A DNA stretch of 64,000 nucleotides, taken from contig CAVUUS010000003.1 in the NCBI GenBank assembly GCA_963744755.1, forward strand, positions 537,678 to 601,677. Direction: 5' to 3'. The notes under the pieces are model-generated. The model was given only the letters and a program-made list of their open reading frames with translations. It searched no databases and had not been told where the DNA came from. Positions 17,716 through 27,349 of this stretch are shown piece after piece. The DNA is from an uncultured Solirubrobacterales bacterium (GTDB taxonomy: Bacteria; Actinomycetota; Thermoleophilia; Solirubrobacterales; Solirubrobacteraceae). Made by a program: the position numbers and the translations under genes. The stretch's first letter is position 1. Each line of letters opens with the position of its first letter.

Positions 17716-18609
17716 ATGGTGCGGGAGCGGATCTCCGGGACCCTCGCGGCGGCGGTGACGCCGCTGCGCGATAACGGTGAACGACTCGACGAGGACGCCT
17801 TCGCGCCGCTGCTCGAGTTCTACGGCGCGAGCGGCATCGAAGGACTGCTGGTGCTCGGCACGACCGGCGAGGGGATCATGCTGGAACATCAGGAACGCGT
17901 GCGCACCGCCGAGTTGGCGGTCGCCGCAGCCGGCGAGCTGAGGTTGATCGTCCACTGCGGCGCGCAGACCACGGCGCAGACGTGCGCGTTGTCCGCTCAC
18001 GCCGCCGAGGCCGGCGCCGACGGGGTGGCCGTGATCGCACCTCCGTACTTCGCCTTTACGGACGGCGAACTGCTCGAGCATTTCGCCGCCGCGGCCCAGG
18101 CGTGCGCACCGCTCCCCTTCTTCCTCTACGAGTACGCCGAGCGCAGCGGTTACGCGATTCCGGTCCAGGTGATCGAGAGGCTGCGCGAGCGCGCGCCCAA
18201 CCTGGCCGGCATGAAGGTCTCCGACGCGCCGTTCGAACTCGTCGAGCCGTACCTGGCCACTGGAATCGATGTCTTCATCGGCGCCGAGGGCCTGGTCCCG
18301 CAGGGCCTGCAGAACGGGGCGGTGGGCGCCGTTTCGGGCGTCGCTGCGGCATTTCCCGACGCGGTATCCGCGCTCGTCCGCGACCCGACTCCGGAACGGA
18401 CCGCGCTGGTGCAGGCGCTGCGTGCCCTGCTCTCCGAGCACCCGTTCCAGGCCTCGGTCAAGGCGGCGCTCGGGTTCCGTGGCGTGCCGGTGCGGCCGGA
18501 TGTCCGCACGCCGCTGCTGCCGTTGCCGGACGCGGTGACCGAGCGCCTACGGACCGAGCTCGAGCGTCTGCTCGGCGCCGACGCGCTCGCGCGCCCGATC
18601 CGCGCGTAG
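17716..18609 (+). CDS. dihydrodipicolinate synthase/N-acetylneuraminate lyase family (class I aldolase) protein
   Basis: AAVTP...[10 protein letters not shown] motif and Schiff-base lysine context LAGMKVSD. Confidence 0.85.
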   Translation: MVRERISGTLAAAVTPLRDNGERLDEDAFAPLLEFYGASGIEGLLVLGTTGEGIMLEHQERVRTAELAVAAAGELRLIVHCGAQTTAQTCALSAHAAEAGADGVAVIAPPYFAFTDGELLEHFAAAAQACAPLPFFLYEYAERSGYAIPVQVIERLRERAPNLAGMKVSDAPFELVEPYLATGIDVFIGAEGLVPQGLQNGAVGAVSGVAAAFPDAVSALVRDPTPERTALVQALRALLSEHPFQASVKAALGFRGVPVRPDVRTPLLPLPDAVTERLRTELERLLGADALARPIRA

Positions 18610-18614
18610 CCGGC

Positions 18615-19862
18615 TCAGGGTCGCGGTGGCCGACCGAGCAGCTTCTCGATCACCTTGGCAGCGATCGGGGCGGCGTCGGTGCCGCCGAAACCGCCGTTTA
18701 CGCCGCTGAGCACCACGGCGATCGCGATTCTTGGGTTGTTGGCCGGTGCGAAACCGATGAACCACGCATCGGTCCGCTTGGAGCGTGGATTACCGGCGTG
18801 TACCGTGCCGGTCTTGCCGGCGACCTGCAGCCGGCTCAGACCGGCGGCGGTGCCCGTTCCCCGCTCGACGACGTCTCTCATCATCTGGGCCAACGCTTGC
18901 GCGGTCGACGGTGCCATCACCTGGTTGTAGGGGATTGACCGGCCCGGTTCGAGGTGCGGGGCCATCAGCTTGCCCCGGTCGGCGACGGCGGCGGCCACCA
19001 TCGCCATCTGCAGCGGCGTCGCAGCCAGCTGACCCTGGCCGACGGCCAGCCGCCCCAGGTCGACTCGGGCGCTGCTCGGCAGCACCAGCGCGTCGCCCAG
19101 ACGCACCCCGCTGGCGGCGAGCCGGGCGGACGCCGAGTCGAGCCGCGGGGATGCGTAGAATCCAAAGCGGCGCATGTATGTGGTCATCGACCGCCGCCCG
19201 ACAGCTTCCCCGACCTGCGCGAAGACGGTGTCGACCGAATAGCGCAGCGACTCGGTCAGCGTGATCCGTCCGAAGCTCTGGTCGCCCTCATTGCGCAGGG
19301 GCGTCCCGGAGACCGACAGCGGCGATGGCCCGGCGATCCGCGAACCCGGCGCGTAGCGTCCGGTGTCGATCGCGGCGGCGGTCGTGACGATGTCGAACGT
19401 CGCCCCGGGCGGGAACTCGAGCGCAGCAGCGGGACCGGTGAAGGCGGGACCACCGCCCTGCGACGTGTTGGCATACATCGCCTTGATCGCGCCCGTCCGC
19501 GGATCGAGGGCGACCACGGATCCGGCGCGACCCGCCAACCCGAGCGCTGCGGCGCCTTGGGCTGCCGGGTCGAGGGCGGGCTGTGCTGAGCTCTTCCCCG
19601 ACGGCGTCGGTCCGGTCGTGCCATGACGAGCACCGAGCAGCGGAATCGCCAGCGCGAGGACCACCGCGACCGGCACCACCACGGCGGCCAGGGTGAGGGT
19701 CAGGCGGCGGATCCGTCGCGGGCGCCCGTCCGAGCTCACCCGTGGTATGGAGCCGGATTCCGCCTCGAGCTCGGCGATCTTCCGCCAGACCGTATCGATG
19801 GGCGGGCGCTCGGACTCGGGAACCGGATTGGCGGCAGCCAGCCGCTCGAGCAGATCACTCAT
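18615..19862 (-). CDS. single-pass membrane protein: N-terminal anti-sigma-like segment plus extracytoplasmic PBP transpeptidase-like domain with degenerate active site
   Basis: 4-nt overlap with the upstream ECF sigma gene. TM at residues ~52-76. GSVVALDPRTGAIKAM...PPGATFDIVT (SxxK replaced by ATFD), YSVDTVF (SxN replaced by SVD), AGKTGT retained. Confidence 0.75.
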   Translation of the reverse strand: MSDLLERLAAANPVPESERPPIDTVWRKIAELEAESGSIPRVSSDGRPRRIRRLTLTLAAVVVPVAVVLALAIPLLGARHGTTGPTPSGKSSAQPALDPAAQGAAALGLAGRAGSVVALDPRTGAIKAMYANTSQGGGPAFTGPAAALEFPPGATFDIVTTAAAIDTGRYAPGSRIAGPSPLSVSGTPLRNEGDQSFGRITLTESLRYSVDTVFAQVGEAVGRRSMTTYMRRFGFYASPRLDSASARLAASGVRLGDALVLPSSARVDLGRLAVGQGQLAATPLQMAMVAAAVADRGKLMAPHLEPGRSIPYNQVMAPSTAQALAQMMRDVVERGTGTAAGLSRLQVAGKTGTVHAGNPRSKRTDAWFIGFAPANNPRIAIAVVLSGVNGGFGGTDAAPIAAKVIEKLLGRPPRP

Positions 19863-20380
19863 CTCACTGCCTCCATCGAGTCGGATCGAGCCGGGTCCCC
19901 GCTACGGCCCAGGGCGTCCGCCAAACGACGGCGAGCGCGATGCAGCCGCATCGCGAATGCTCTGCGCGAGCAGCCCATCACAGCGGCCGCCCGGGCCAGA
20001 TCGAGCCCCTCCCACGCGACCAGCATCAACACCTCACGGTCGGCTGCACTCAGCGCCCCGAGCGCTTCGCCGAGTACCGAGTCCACGTTCGGCGGCTGGA
20101 CCGGAGCACCGGGTCGTTCGTGGCTGAGGCGCTCGGACAGCGCGCTCTGCCGACGCGTCGCCCGCCGCTGGTTGGCGATGATCCGCCGTGCGCACCCCAG
20201 CAACCACGGCAGCTCGTCGGCAGGGAGGTCCTCGAGACGCCGCCAGGCCACCACGAAGACGTCGCTCACGACATCGTCGGCAGCCCCCACGGCCACCCGG
20301 CGCAGAGCGTACGCCCGCACGGCCGCAGCATGCTCCACGAAAAGTGCCTCGAGCCGACGGCGCTGGTTCAGATCGTCCAT
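19859..20380 (-). CDS. ECF-type RNA polymerase sigma-70 factor
   Basis: Region 2 (DVVSDVFVVAWRRLEDL...PWLLGCARRIIAN) and region 4 (LSAADREVLMLVAWEGLDLARAAAVMGCSRRAFAMRLHRARRRL). Confidence 0.85.
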   Translation of the reverse strand: MDDLNQRRRLEALFVEHAAAVRAYALRRVAVGAADDVVSDVFVVAWRRLEDLPADELPWLLGCARRIIANQRRATRRQSALSERLSHERPGAPVQPPNVDSVLGEALGALSAADREVLMLVAWEGLDLARAAAVMGCSRRAFAMRLHRARRRLADALGRSGDPARSDSMEAVR

Positions 20381-20454
20381 ATCCAGCCTATGTCCGTCAT
20401 CCGGACAACGATCACACGATCCGTCGCCCGCGTCCCCGATAGCCGGGAAATGGC

Positions 20455-21963
20455 ATGATCGGGCGCGTGACCGAACTAAGCGAGCAGAACATCGCTTACC
20501 CTGCGGCCGGTCGTCGCCCGGCGGGAAGCGCTCCAGAGGAGGTCGCCCCTCATGTCGTGGTGCTGTTCGGAGCGACCGGGGACTTGGCCCGCCGGAAGCT
20601 GCTCCCGGGCCTGACCCGCCTGCTGTTGTCAGAGCTCGCGCCAGACATCCAGATCGTGGGGACCTCGCTCGAGGACTACGACACCGAGTCGTTTCGGGAG
20701 TTCGCCCGCAGTTCGGTCGAGGAGTTCGGCATCCACACCCACACCGATGAGGACATGGCGGCGTTTACCGCAAAGCTTCACTACGTCCCGCAGAGCGAGG
20801 GGCCCGAGGCGCTGGCCCAGGCGGTCTCGGCTGCGGAGCGCGAGCTGGGCGACGAGGTCCATCGGCTTCATTACCTGAGCGTTCCGCCGAAGGCGGCGCT
20901 TCAGGTGATCGATACGCTCAACGAAGCCGATCTGGTGCAGCGTTCGCGCATCATCATGGAGAAGCCGTTCGGAAGCGATCTGGAGAGCGCGGTCAAGCTG
21001 AACGATGAGCTGCACAAGACGTTCAGCGAGAGCCAGATCTTTCGGATCGACCACTTCCTCGGTAAGGAGCCGGCACAGAACATCCTCGCCTTCCGGTTTG
21101 CCAATGGGCTGTTCGAGCCGATCTGGAGCCGCCACTTCATCGACCACGTCCAGATCGACATCCCGGAGACGCTGGGGCTCGATAAGCGGGTCGGCTTCTA
21201 CGAATCCACCGGGGCCTACAAGGACATGGTGGTCACCCACCTGCTGCAGGTGCTGGCCTTCGTCGCGATCGAACCACCCACCGCGCTCGAGCCGCGGGCG
21301 ATCAGCGAGGAGAAGAACAAGGTCTTCCGCTCGCTGATGCCGATACAGCCCAAAGACGTCGTGCGCGGGCAGTACGAGGGTTACCGCAGCGAGGAGGGCG
21401 TGGCAGCCCATTCGGATACCGAAACGTTCATCGCCCTCAAGTGCGGGATCGACAACTGGCGCTGGGCCGGAGTGCCTTTCTATCTCCGCACGGGTAAGCG
21501 TATGCCGGAAGGACAGCGCATCGTCTCGATCGCCTTCCGCGAAGCGCCGAAGAGCATGTTTCCAGCCGGTTCCGGTGTCGGGTCGCAGGGCCCGGACCAT
21601 CTGACCTTCGACCTGGCCGACGCCTCCAGGCTGTCGTTGTCGTTCTACGGGAAACGACCCGGACCTGGCATGCGACTGGACAAGTTGAGCATGCAGTTCG
21701 CCACCAGCGAGACCGAGGAGGCCGGAGAGGTTCTAGAGGCCTACGAACGCCTGCTGCTGGACACTATGCGGGGCGATCACACCCTGTTCACCACGGCGGA
21801 AGGGATCGAGAGCCTGTGGGAGCGCTCGGCACCCCTGCTGGACGACCCGCCTCCGGTGAAGACGTACGCTCCCGGGACCTGGGGCCCGAACGCCATCCAT
21901 CAGCTGATCGCGCCACACGCATGGCGGCTGCCGTTTGAGCGGGTTTGGCGCGAGCGCAAGTGA
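20455..21963 (+). CDS. zwf: glucose-6-phosphate 1-dehydrogenase
   Basis: LFGATGDLARRKL (NADP site) and RIDHFLGKE active-site motif; full length. Confidence 0.92.
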   Translation: MIGRVTELSEQNIAYPAAGRRPAGSAPEEVAPHVVVLFGATGDLARRKLLPGLTRLLLSELAPDIQIVGTSLEDYDTESFREFARSSVEEFGIHTHTDEDMAAFTAKLHYVPQSEGPEALAQAVSAAERELGDEVHRLHYLSVPPKAALQVIDTLNEADLVQRSRIIMEKPFGSDLESAVKLNDELHKTFSESQIFRIDHFLGKEPAQNILAFRFANGLFEPIWSRHFIDHVQIDIPETLGLDKRVGFYESTGAYKDMVVTHLLQVLAFVAIEPPTALEPRAISEEKNKVFRSLMPIQPKDVVRGQYEGYRSEEGVAAHSDTETFIALKCGIDNWRWAGVPFYLRTGKRMPEGQRIVSIAFREAPKSMFPAGSGVGSQGPDHLTFDLADASRLSLSFYGKRPGPGMRLDKLSMQFATSETEEAGEVLEAYERLLLDTMRGDHTLFTTAEGIESLWERSAPLLDDPPPVKTYAPGTWGPNAIHQLIAPHAWRLPFERVWRERK

Positions 21964-21996
21964 CGCCGTCCTGCGGTCGCCGCCTCGTCGGCAACG

Positions 21997-24765
21997 TCAA
22001 TCTTTGAGACTCACAGTCTCGGCGGCGATCAGCATCTGCGCGGCGTGCCAATGCGCGGCCAGCGCCGTCACGTCGGCCTCCGTCCGGCCGTTGGCCTGAC
22101 CGTCGCGGCCACGGCTCTCCAGTTCCGAAGCCGCCGAGGTGACGTCGCTCGCGCCGACCATCTGCGCGCCGCTCTTGATCCGGTGCGCCGCGTCGGCGAG
22201 CCCCGCTGGGTCGCCGCTGACCGCCGCGTCCCGCAGCCTGGTCATATCCTCGGTCATCGCCCGTGAAAGGTCTTGGAGCATCCGCGTGAGCTCGGCCGGG
22301 GTGAACAGAGAGCCCAGTTCCGCCAGCCGCGAGCGGTCGACGGCGGGGCCGGCCGTCGCCGGATCCGGAAGCCATTGGTCGAGCATCTCGCCCACGGCGG
22401 CACCACTGATCGGCTTGGCCATGTAGTCATCCATGCCCGCCTCGAGGCAACGTTGGCGATCGCCGGCCATTGCGTTCGCGGTCATCGCGACGACCGGGAC
22501 CCGCTCACCGGAGAGGGCCTCACGACGCCGGATCTCGCGGGTGGTCGCGTAACCGTCGAGGACTGGCATCTGGCAGTCCATGAAGATCAGGTCCCATCGT
22601 CCCCCCGCGTCGTGCATCTCCAGGAGCTTCTCGCCATCAGGAGCATTGGCGGCCCGGTATCCACGCTTGGCGAGCATCCGCTCGATCAGCATCCAATTCA
22701 CGGCCTGGTCCTCGGCGACGAGGATCCGGAGCGGGCTGGGGATCGCAGGCGCGCGAGGAACCATCGACGGCGTACTCGTCACGGTGGGCCTCGGCTCCGG
22801 TTGGACTGCGCCGGCCTGGCTCGCCATCGCCGCCGTGATCGCGTCGTGCAGGCGCGATTGACGCACCGGCTTGGTCAGCCGCCCGCTGAATAGATCGACC
22901 GGATCGCCGCTACGGCCGCTCGCCGACGAGGTGAGGAGAATCAGGCGCGTGCGGGGCAGCCGGTTCGAATCCCTGATCCGTCCAGCCAGCTGTATCCCGT
23001 TCTCGCCCGGCATGTTGAGGTCGATCAGCGCGACGTCGAAGGGATCTCCCTCCGAGGCGCCGCGATCCAGCTCGATCATCGCCGCGGCCGCGTCCTCGGC
23101 CACCGCCGGCCGCATCCCCCAAGACTGGGCGTAGGCCTCGAAGACGCGCCGGTTCGTGGCGTTGTCGTCGACGACCAGGACGCGAAGGCCATCGAGCGAA
23201 ATCGCCGCGACCGGAGCGGGTGCTTCCGCCTCGGCCGCCGTGAAGGGGATCTGGAAACGGAACGTGCTGCCCTGGCCGAGTTCGCTCTCTACCTCGAGCG
23301 CGCCCCCCATCAGGTTGGTCAGCTCGAGTGAGATGGTCAGGCCCAAGCCCGTGCCGCCAAACTCGCGCGTCGTGCTCGTGTCGGCTTGGGTGAACGCCTC
23401 GAACAGCCACTTGATCCGGTCGGCCGCGATCCCGATCCCGGTGTCGCTAACCTCGAAGCGGAGCAACGTCTTGCCCTCCTCGTGTCCCGCGACGGTGACC
23501 TCGATCACGACCTCTCCGGTGGTGGTGAACTTGACCGCGTTGGAGAGCAGGTTTGCCAGGATCTGACCCACCCGGGCTCGGTCGCCGCTGACCGAACGCG
23601 GGACGTCGGCGTGAACGAAGGACTGGAGCTCGAGTCGCTTGGTTGCCGCAGTCGCCGCGACCATGTCGCAGGTCACCTCGACCACGTCCCGCACGTCGAA
23701 GTCCAGCCGCTCGAGCTCGAGACGTCCGGCCTCGATCTTGGCCAGGTCGAGCACATCGTTGACCACGATCATCAGCGCTTCGCCGGAGGCGCGCGCGACA
23801 TCGACGTAGCCGCTCTGCTCTGGGCTCACGGAAGTCTGAGCCAGGAGGTCGAGCATCCCCACGACGCCGTTCAGAGGGGTCCGGATCTCGTGGCTCATGT
23901 TGGCCAAGAACGTCGACTTCACCTGCGCCTCCGCCTCCGCATCGGAGAGCGCCTCCCGGAGCTGAGCACGGGCGTCGATGAGCTCGGCGCTGCGGCCCTC
24001 CAGCGACCCGGCCATGTCGTTGAACGCCCGCCCGAGCTGCGCGACCTCGCCGAGGCCGACCAGCGGGACACGCGTGGTGAGGTCTCCCCCGGCCAGACGA
24101 TCGGCGGCGGACGCGACAGTCCGGACCGGGCGTAGAACCAGCCGCAGAATGATCGCTTCGCGCGTGAGCATGAGCAGCAGCGTCACTCCCAGCCCGATTC
24201 CGGCGATCACCAGCGTTTCGTTGCTCGTTTCATCGACCGTGCCGCGCGCGCGAGCGCGGGCGGCGGTCAATTCGTGAATGAGCCCCGAGAACAGCCCGCC
24301 CAGCGCGGCCATGCGTCGCCCGCCCTCCTGGGACAGCGCCGCCCGGCGCCCAGGCGACAGGGTGCTCGGGGCGGCGATCGCGGCGGGCGCATAGTCCCTG
24401 AGATAGGCCGTGGCCAACGTATCGAGCCGGTCGCTCCGGCTCCGCTCGACCGTTCCGACTGCGGTGCGCCGGAGTGTCCGGAGCTCGGCGGGGACCGCCT
24501 GCCGGCCACGTTCGTAGGCCGCCATGTACTCGGGCTTGCCGTTGAGCAGAAAGTCACGTGCCGCGGCGTCCGTCCCAACCAGGTCGCGTTGCGCGATGAG
24601 CGCGGTGTCGAGCTGATTGCTCACCGCTCTGTCCTGGGCGCGCTGGTGGGAGAGATCGTTCAACGAGACGATCATCAGGACGAAGAACCCGCCCACCACC
24701 AACGCCGTCATCACGGCCAGGCCGACGATCAGCGCGCGTAGCCCTCCACGTCCGGGCGGGGTCAC
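21997..24765 (-). CDS. hybrid sensor histidine kinase (CHASE3-HAMP-HisKA-HATPase-REC-REC-HPt)
   Basis: H-box FLANMSHEIRTPLN. N/G boxes. Two receiver domains (VLVVDDN...DLNMP and ILVAEDQ...MDCQMP). C-terminal HPt (AAHRIKSGAQMVGA). GTGA overlap with the response regulator gene. Confidence 0.9.
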   Translation of the reverse strand: MTPPGRGGLRALIVGLAVMTALVVGGFFVLMIVSLNDLSHQRAQDRAVSNQLDTALIAQRDLVGTDAAARDFLLNGKPEYMAAYERGRQAVPAELRTLRRTAVGTVERSRSDRLDTLATAYLRDYAPAAIAAPSTLSPGRRAALSQEGGRRMAALGGLFSGLIHELTAARARARGTVDETSNETLVIAGIGLGVTLLLMLTREAIILRLVLRPVRTVASAADRLAGGDLTTRVPLVGLGEVAQLGRAFNDMAGSLEGRSAELIDARAQLREALSDAEAEAQVKSTFLANMSHEIRTPLNGVVGMLDLLAQTSVSPEQSGYVDVARASGEALMIVVNDVLDLAKIEAGRLELERLDFDVRDVVEVTCDMVAATAATKRLELQSFVHADVPRSVSGDRARVGQILANLLSNAVKFTTTGEVVIEVTVAGHEEGKTLLRFEVSDTGIGIAADRIKWLFEAFTQADTSTTREFGGTGLGLTISLELTNLMGGALEVESELGQGSTFRFQIPFTAAEAEAPAPVAAISLDGLRVLVVDDNATNRRVFEAYAQSWGMRPAVAEDAAAAMIELDRGASEGDPFDVALIDLNMPGENGIQLAGRIRDSNRLPRTRLILLTSSASGRSGDPVDLFSGRLTKPVRQSRLHDAITAAMASQAGAVQPEPRPTVTSTPSMVPRAPAIPSPLRILVAEDQAVNWMLIERMLAKRGYRAANAPDGEKLLEMHDAGGRWDLIFMDCQMPVLDGYATTREIRRREALSGERVPVVAMTANAMAGDRQRCLEAGMDDYMAKPISGAAVGEMLDQWLPDPATAGPAVDRSRLAELGSLFTPAELTRMLQDLSRAMTEDMTRLRDAAVSGDPAGLADAAHRIKSGAQMVGASDVTSAASELESRGRDGQANGRTEADVTALAAHWHAAQMLIAAETVSLKD

Positions 24766-25406
24766 CGGACGAGCCCGCGGCGCATGCCCTCGGCAACGGC
24801 GGCAGCCCGATCGTTGACCTCGAGCTTCTCGAACAAGGCCTTGATGTGGGTCTTCACCGTGGAGGCGCTGATGAAGAGCCGCGTGCCGATCTCCGGCGCG
24901 GAGCGCCCTTCGGCGATCAAGCCGAGGACCTGGGCCTCGCGCGGGCTGAGCGACGGCCGCGCCGCAAGGGAGCGCGTGCGCAGCTCGGCGGCGAGCCCCT
25001 GCTGAACCTCCGGCGCGAGCACCGTTCCACCCGCGGCGACTGTGGTGACCGCGGTGCAGATGGCCGCCATCGTCGCCGCCTTGGTGAGGAACCCGGCCGC
25101 CCCCAGCTCGAGCGCGTCGTAGACGATCGACCCGGCATCTTCGCCCGAGAGGATGATCACGCGGGTCGGGCGGGACTCGCGACGGATCGTGCGAAGAATC
25201 TCCACCCCCTCGAGCGATGGGAGGCGGTGGTCGAGGATCGCCACCGCCGGAGCGAGCTCCCGGACCGCCTCCAGCGCCTCGCGGCCATCGCCGGCCGCTC
25301 CCACCAGCTCAAACTCCGGTTGGGACTGGATCGCGCGCGCGATCGCTTCCCGGAAGACCGGGTGATCGTCGGCTATGTAGACGGTGGTGCGATCGGTCGT
25401 GGTCAT
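24762..25406 (-). CDS. NarL/FixJ-type response regulator (REC + LuxR HTH)
   Basis: VYIADDHPVFREA...AILDHRLP receiver and LSPREAQVLGLIAEGRSAPEIGTRLFISASTVKTHI HTH. Confidence 0.9.
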   Translation of the reverse strand: MTTTDRTTVYIADDHPVFREAIARAIQSQPEFELVGAAGDGREALEAVRELAPAVAILDHRLPSLEGVEILRTIRRESRPTRVIILSGEDAGSIVYDALELGAAGFLTKAATMAAICTAVTTVAAGGTVLAPEVQQGLAAELRTRSLAARPSLSPREAQVLGLIAEGRSAPEIGTRLFISASTVKTHIKALFEKLEVNDRAAAVAEGMRRGLVR

Positions 25407-25608
25407 GGCGAGGGGAGGCAGGAGGTCCTACGTCGAGGGGAGCCCGAACTGCGGGTTCAACCGGGAACCCCCTTTCAGCGTCGGCATTTCGGCCTCCGCA
25501 CTTGACTGAGCCGAGCTTGGCTCGCGGGCCGCGCCCCCCGCCAACGAGGGATGCCGCCCTCCCCCCAACTGGACCGAATCACCGTCCGGCTTTCGGTGTG
25601 AATGGGCG

Positions 25609-26550
25609 ATGGTGCGCCGGGTCGACGCCCGCCACTATGCCGGTATGAGAACCCACGCGAAACCGACACAACGCGATTTGATCCCCAGCCCCACGACCCC
25701 CAGCCCGCTCACGCTCGCGCCCACGACGGGGGCAAGACGGAGCGTGCTGATCGGCCGCCAGGCTCCTCGACCCACGCCGACGATCTCGGCGGTAATCCCC
25801 ACGTTGAACGAGGCCGCGAACCTTGGCCACGTGCTGCCGCGGATTCCCGATTGCGTCACCGAGCTGATCATCGTCGATGGCCACTCGACCGACGACACGA
25901 TCCGCGTGGCCAAGGAGCTCGCCCCGCACGCCCGCATCGTCACGCAGAGCGGCCGCGGGAAGGGCAACGCCCTCGCGTGTGGCTTTGCCGCGGCCACCGG
26001 GGACATCATCGTCATGCTCGACGCCGACGGGTCGACCGATCCCGCGGAGATTCCAACCTTCATCGCTCCCCTGCTCGCCGGGTTTGACTTCGTCAAGGGG
26101 TCGCGGTTCATGACGGACGGCGCCAGCACGGACATCACGCCGATCCGCCGGATGGGGAATCGCTTCCTGGGCGGGACGGTCAACCTGCTGTTCGGGACCA
26201 GCTACACCGACCTCTGCTACGGCTACAACGCGTTCCACGCCCACTGCCTTGACCACATGCACGTCACCTGCGACGGCTTCGAAGTGGAAACGCTGATCAA
26301 CACGAGGATCGCTCGGGCGGGCCTGAAGGTCACGGAAGTCCCTTCCACGGAGCACGAACGCATCCATGGTGAGAGCAAGCTCAACGCGATCCGCGACGGT
26401 CTGCGCGTGCTGAGGACGATCATGCGTGAGCGAATCCGCCGCAACCCGGCCGACCTTCAGCCCGGCTCATGGCGTCCGGAATACGCCGAGTTCGCCGACG
26501 TGGCAATCGCGCGCGAATGGACGCCGGTCAGCGAGCTCCTGGCGGCCTGA
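25609..26550 (+). CDS. family 2 glycosyltransferase (dolichyl/polyprenyl-phosphate sugar synthase-like)
   Basis: ISAVIPTLNEAANL...IIVDGHSTDDT...VMLDADGS (DxD). Start may be the ATG at 25645. Confidence 0.85.
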   Translation: MVRRVDARHYAGMRTHAKPTQRDLIPSPTTPSPLTLAPTTGARRSVLIGRQAPRPTPTISAVIPTLNEAANLGHVLPRIPDCVTELIIVDGHSTDDTIRVAKELAPHARIVTQSGRGKGNALACGFAAATGDIIVMLDADGSTDPAEIPTFIAPLLAGFDFVKGSRFMTDGASTDITPIRRMGNRFLGGTVNLLFGTSYTDLCYGYNAFHAHCLDHMHVTCDGFEVETLINTRIARAGLKVTEVPSTEHERIHGESKLNAIRDGLRVLRTIMRERIRRNPADLQPGSWRPEYAEFADVAIAREWTPVSELLAA

Positions 26551-26574
26551 AGCGCCCGTGGTAGGCTCGCGCCG

Positions 26575-27168
26575 ATGTCGCCCGTGGCTCGCCGACTCGT
26601 CTGCGCCGGCTTGGCGCTAGTTGTCTGCGGCGGTTTTGTGGCTTCGCAGCATCGTGCGGGTGCGGTTGAGGGCCCAGCGAAGATCGCGGTGGCGCGGCCT
26701 TCGTTCACGGCGAAGGTCAAGGACCACCAGAGCCCACACGTGCGTACCGTCCGGAAACCATCAACGGTCGCGCTCTATGGCAGCTCGACCGGCAGCTTCT
26801 CCGTCAAGGCCGGCCATGGTCCGGGAAGCCTCCCAGCCGAGTTCAGGAAGGGGCGGTACTCCGAGAAGTACGTGATGTTCTCGCTGATCGGGTTCAGCAC
26901 GTACCACTACCACAACGTTGCGTTGCTCAAGTTCTCGAACAAACGCGCGGGATCGGCCTGCTTCTTGCTCAACGGTCCGGCGAACCAGACCGCGTCTAAA
27001 GTGACCGTCATGTTCAGCGCCCTCGGCGGAACGGGAGATGGCGCGAAGCTCCGTATGTCCGGGACGGCTACCGCCGACGTGTTCTCATCGCCTCTGCGCG
27101 TGACGGCGCACGGCAACGTGACCTTTGGCAAATCGCGGCCGCTCTCGGCGACGTGCCGGCACGCCTGA
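26575..27168 (+). CDS. hypothetical secreted protein
   Basis: N-terminal signal-like helix. Lower GC than neighbours. No motif recognised. Confidence 0.5.
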   Translation: MSPVARRLVCAGLALVVCGGFVASQHRAGAVEGPAKIAVARPSFTAKVKDHQSPHVRTVRKPSTVALYGSSTGSFSVKAGHGPGSLPAEFRKGRYSEKYVMFSLIGFSTYHYHNVALLKFSNKRAGSACFLLNGPANQTASKVTVMFSALGGTGDGAKLRMSGTATADVFSSPLRVTAHGNVTFGKSRPLSATCRHA

Positions 27169-27247
27169 TCGGCACGCCTAGTCGGGTTTCGGTCACGGTC
27201 ACCTACGCCGGCGACTCCACGTACGACGGGACGGGACAGGTCGTCGC

Positions 27248-27295
27248 GACGTTCTGCTGACCGTCACGACGCGTGACGTTCTGCTGACCGTCACG
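27248..27295. repeat. direct duplication, 2 x 21 nt (gacgttctgctgaccgtcacg) with 27-bp period
   Basis: Read directly. The first copy contains the TGA that ends a short Ig-like remnant frame (..VSVTVTYAGDSTYDGTGQVVATFC*). Confidence 0.9.
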
Positions 27296-27349
27296 GGTCG
27301 TCACGACGCATCCCGTGGACCGGGGGGTGGGTCGGTAGAGTGACTCGGA

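Noticed and set aside
17671-18441. N-terminal 257-codon extension of the AhpD-like ORF
   Set aside because: It overlaps the well-supported DapA-family gene on the opposite strand and has junk-like composition. The internal ATG at 17670 has a gggagg SD and yields a normal-length CMD-family protein.
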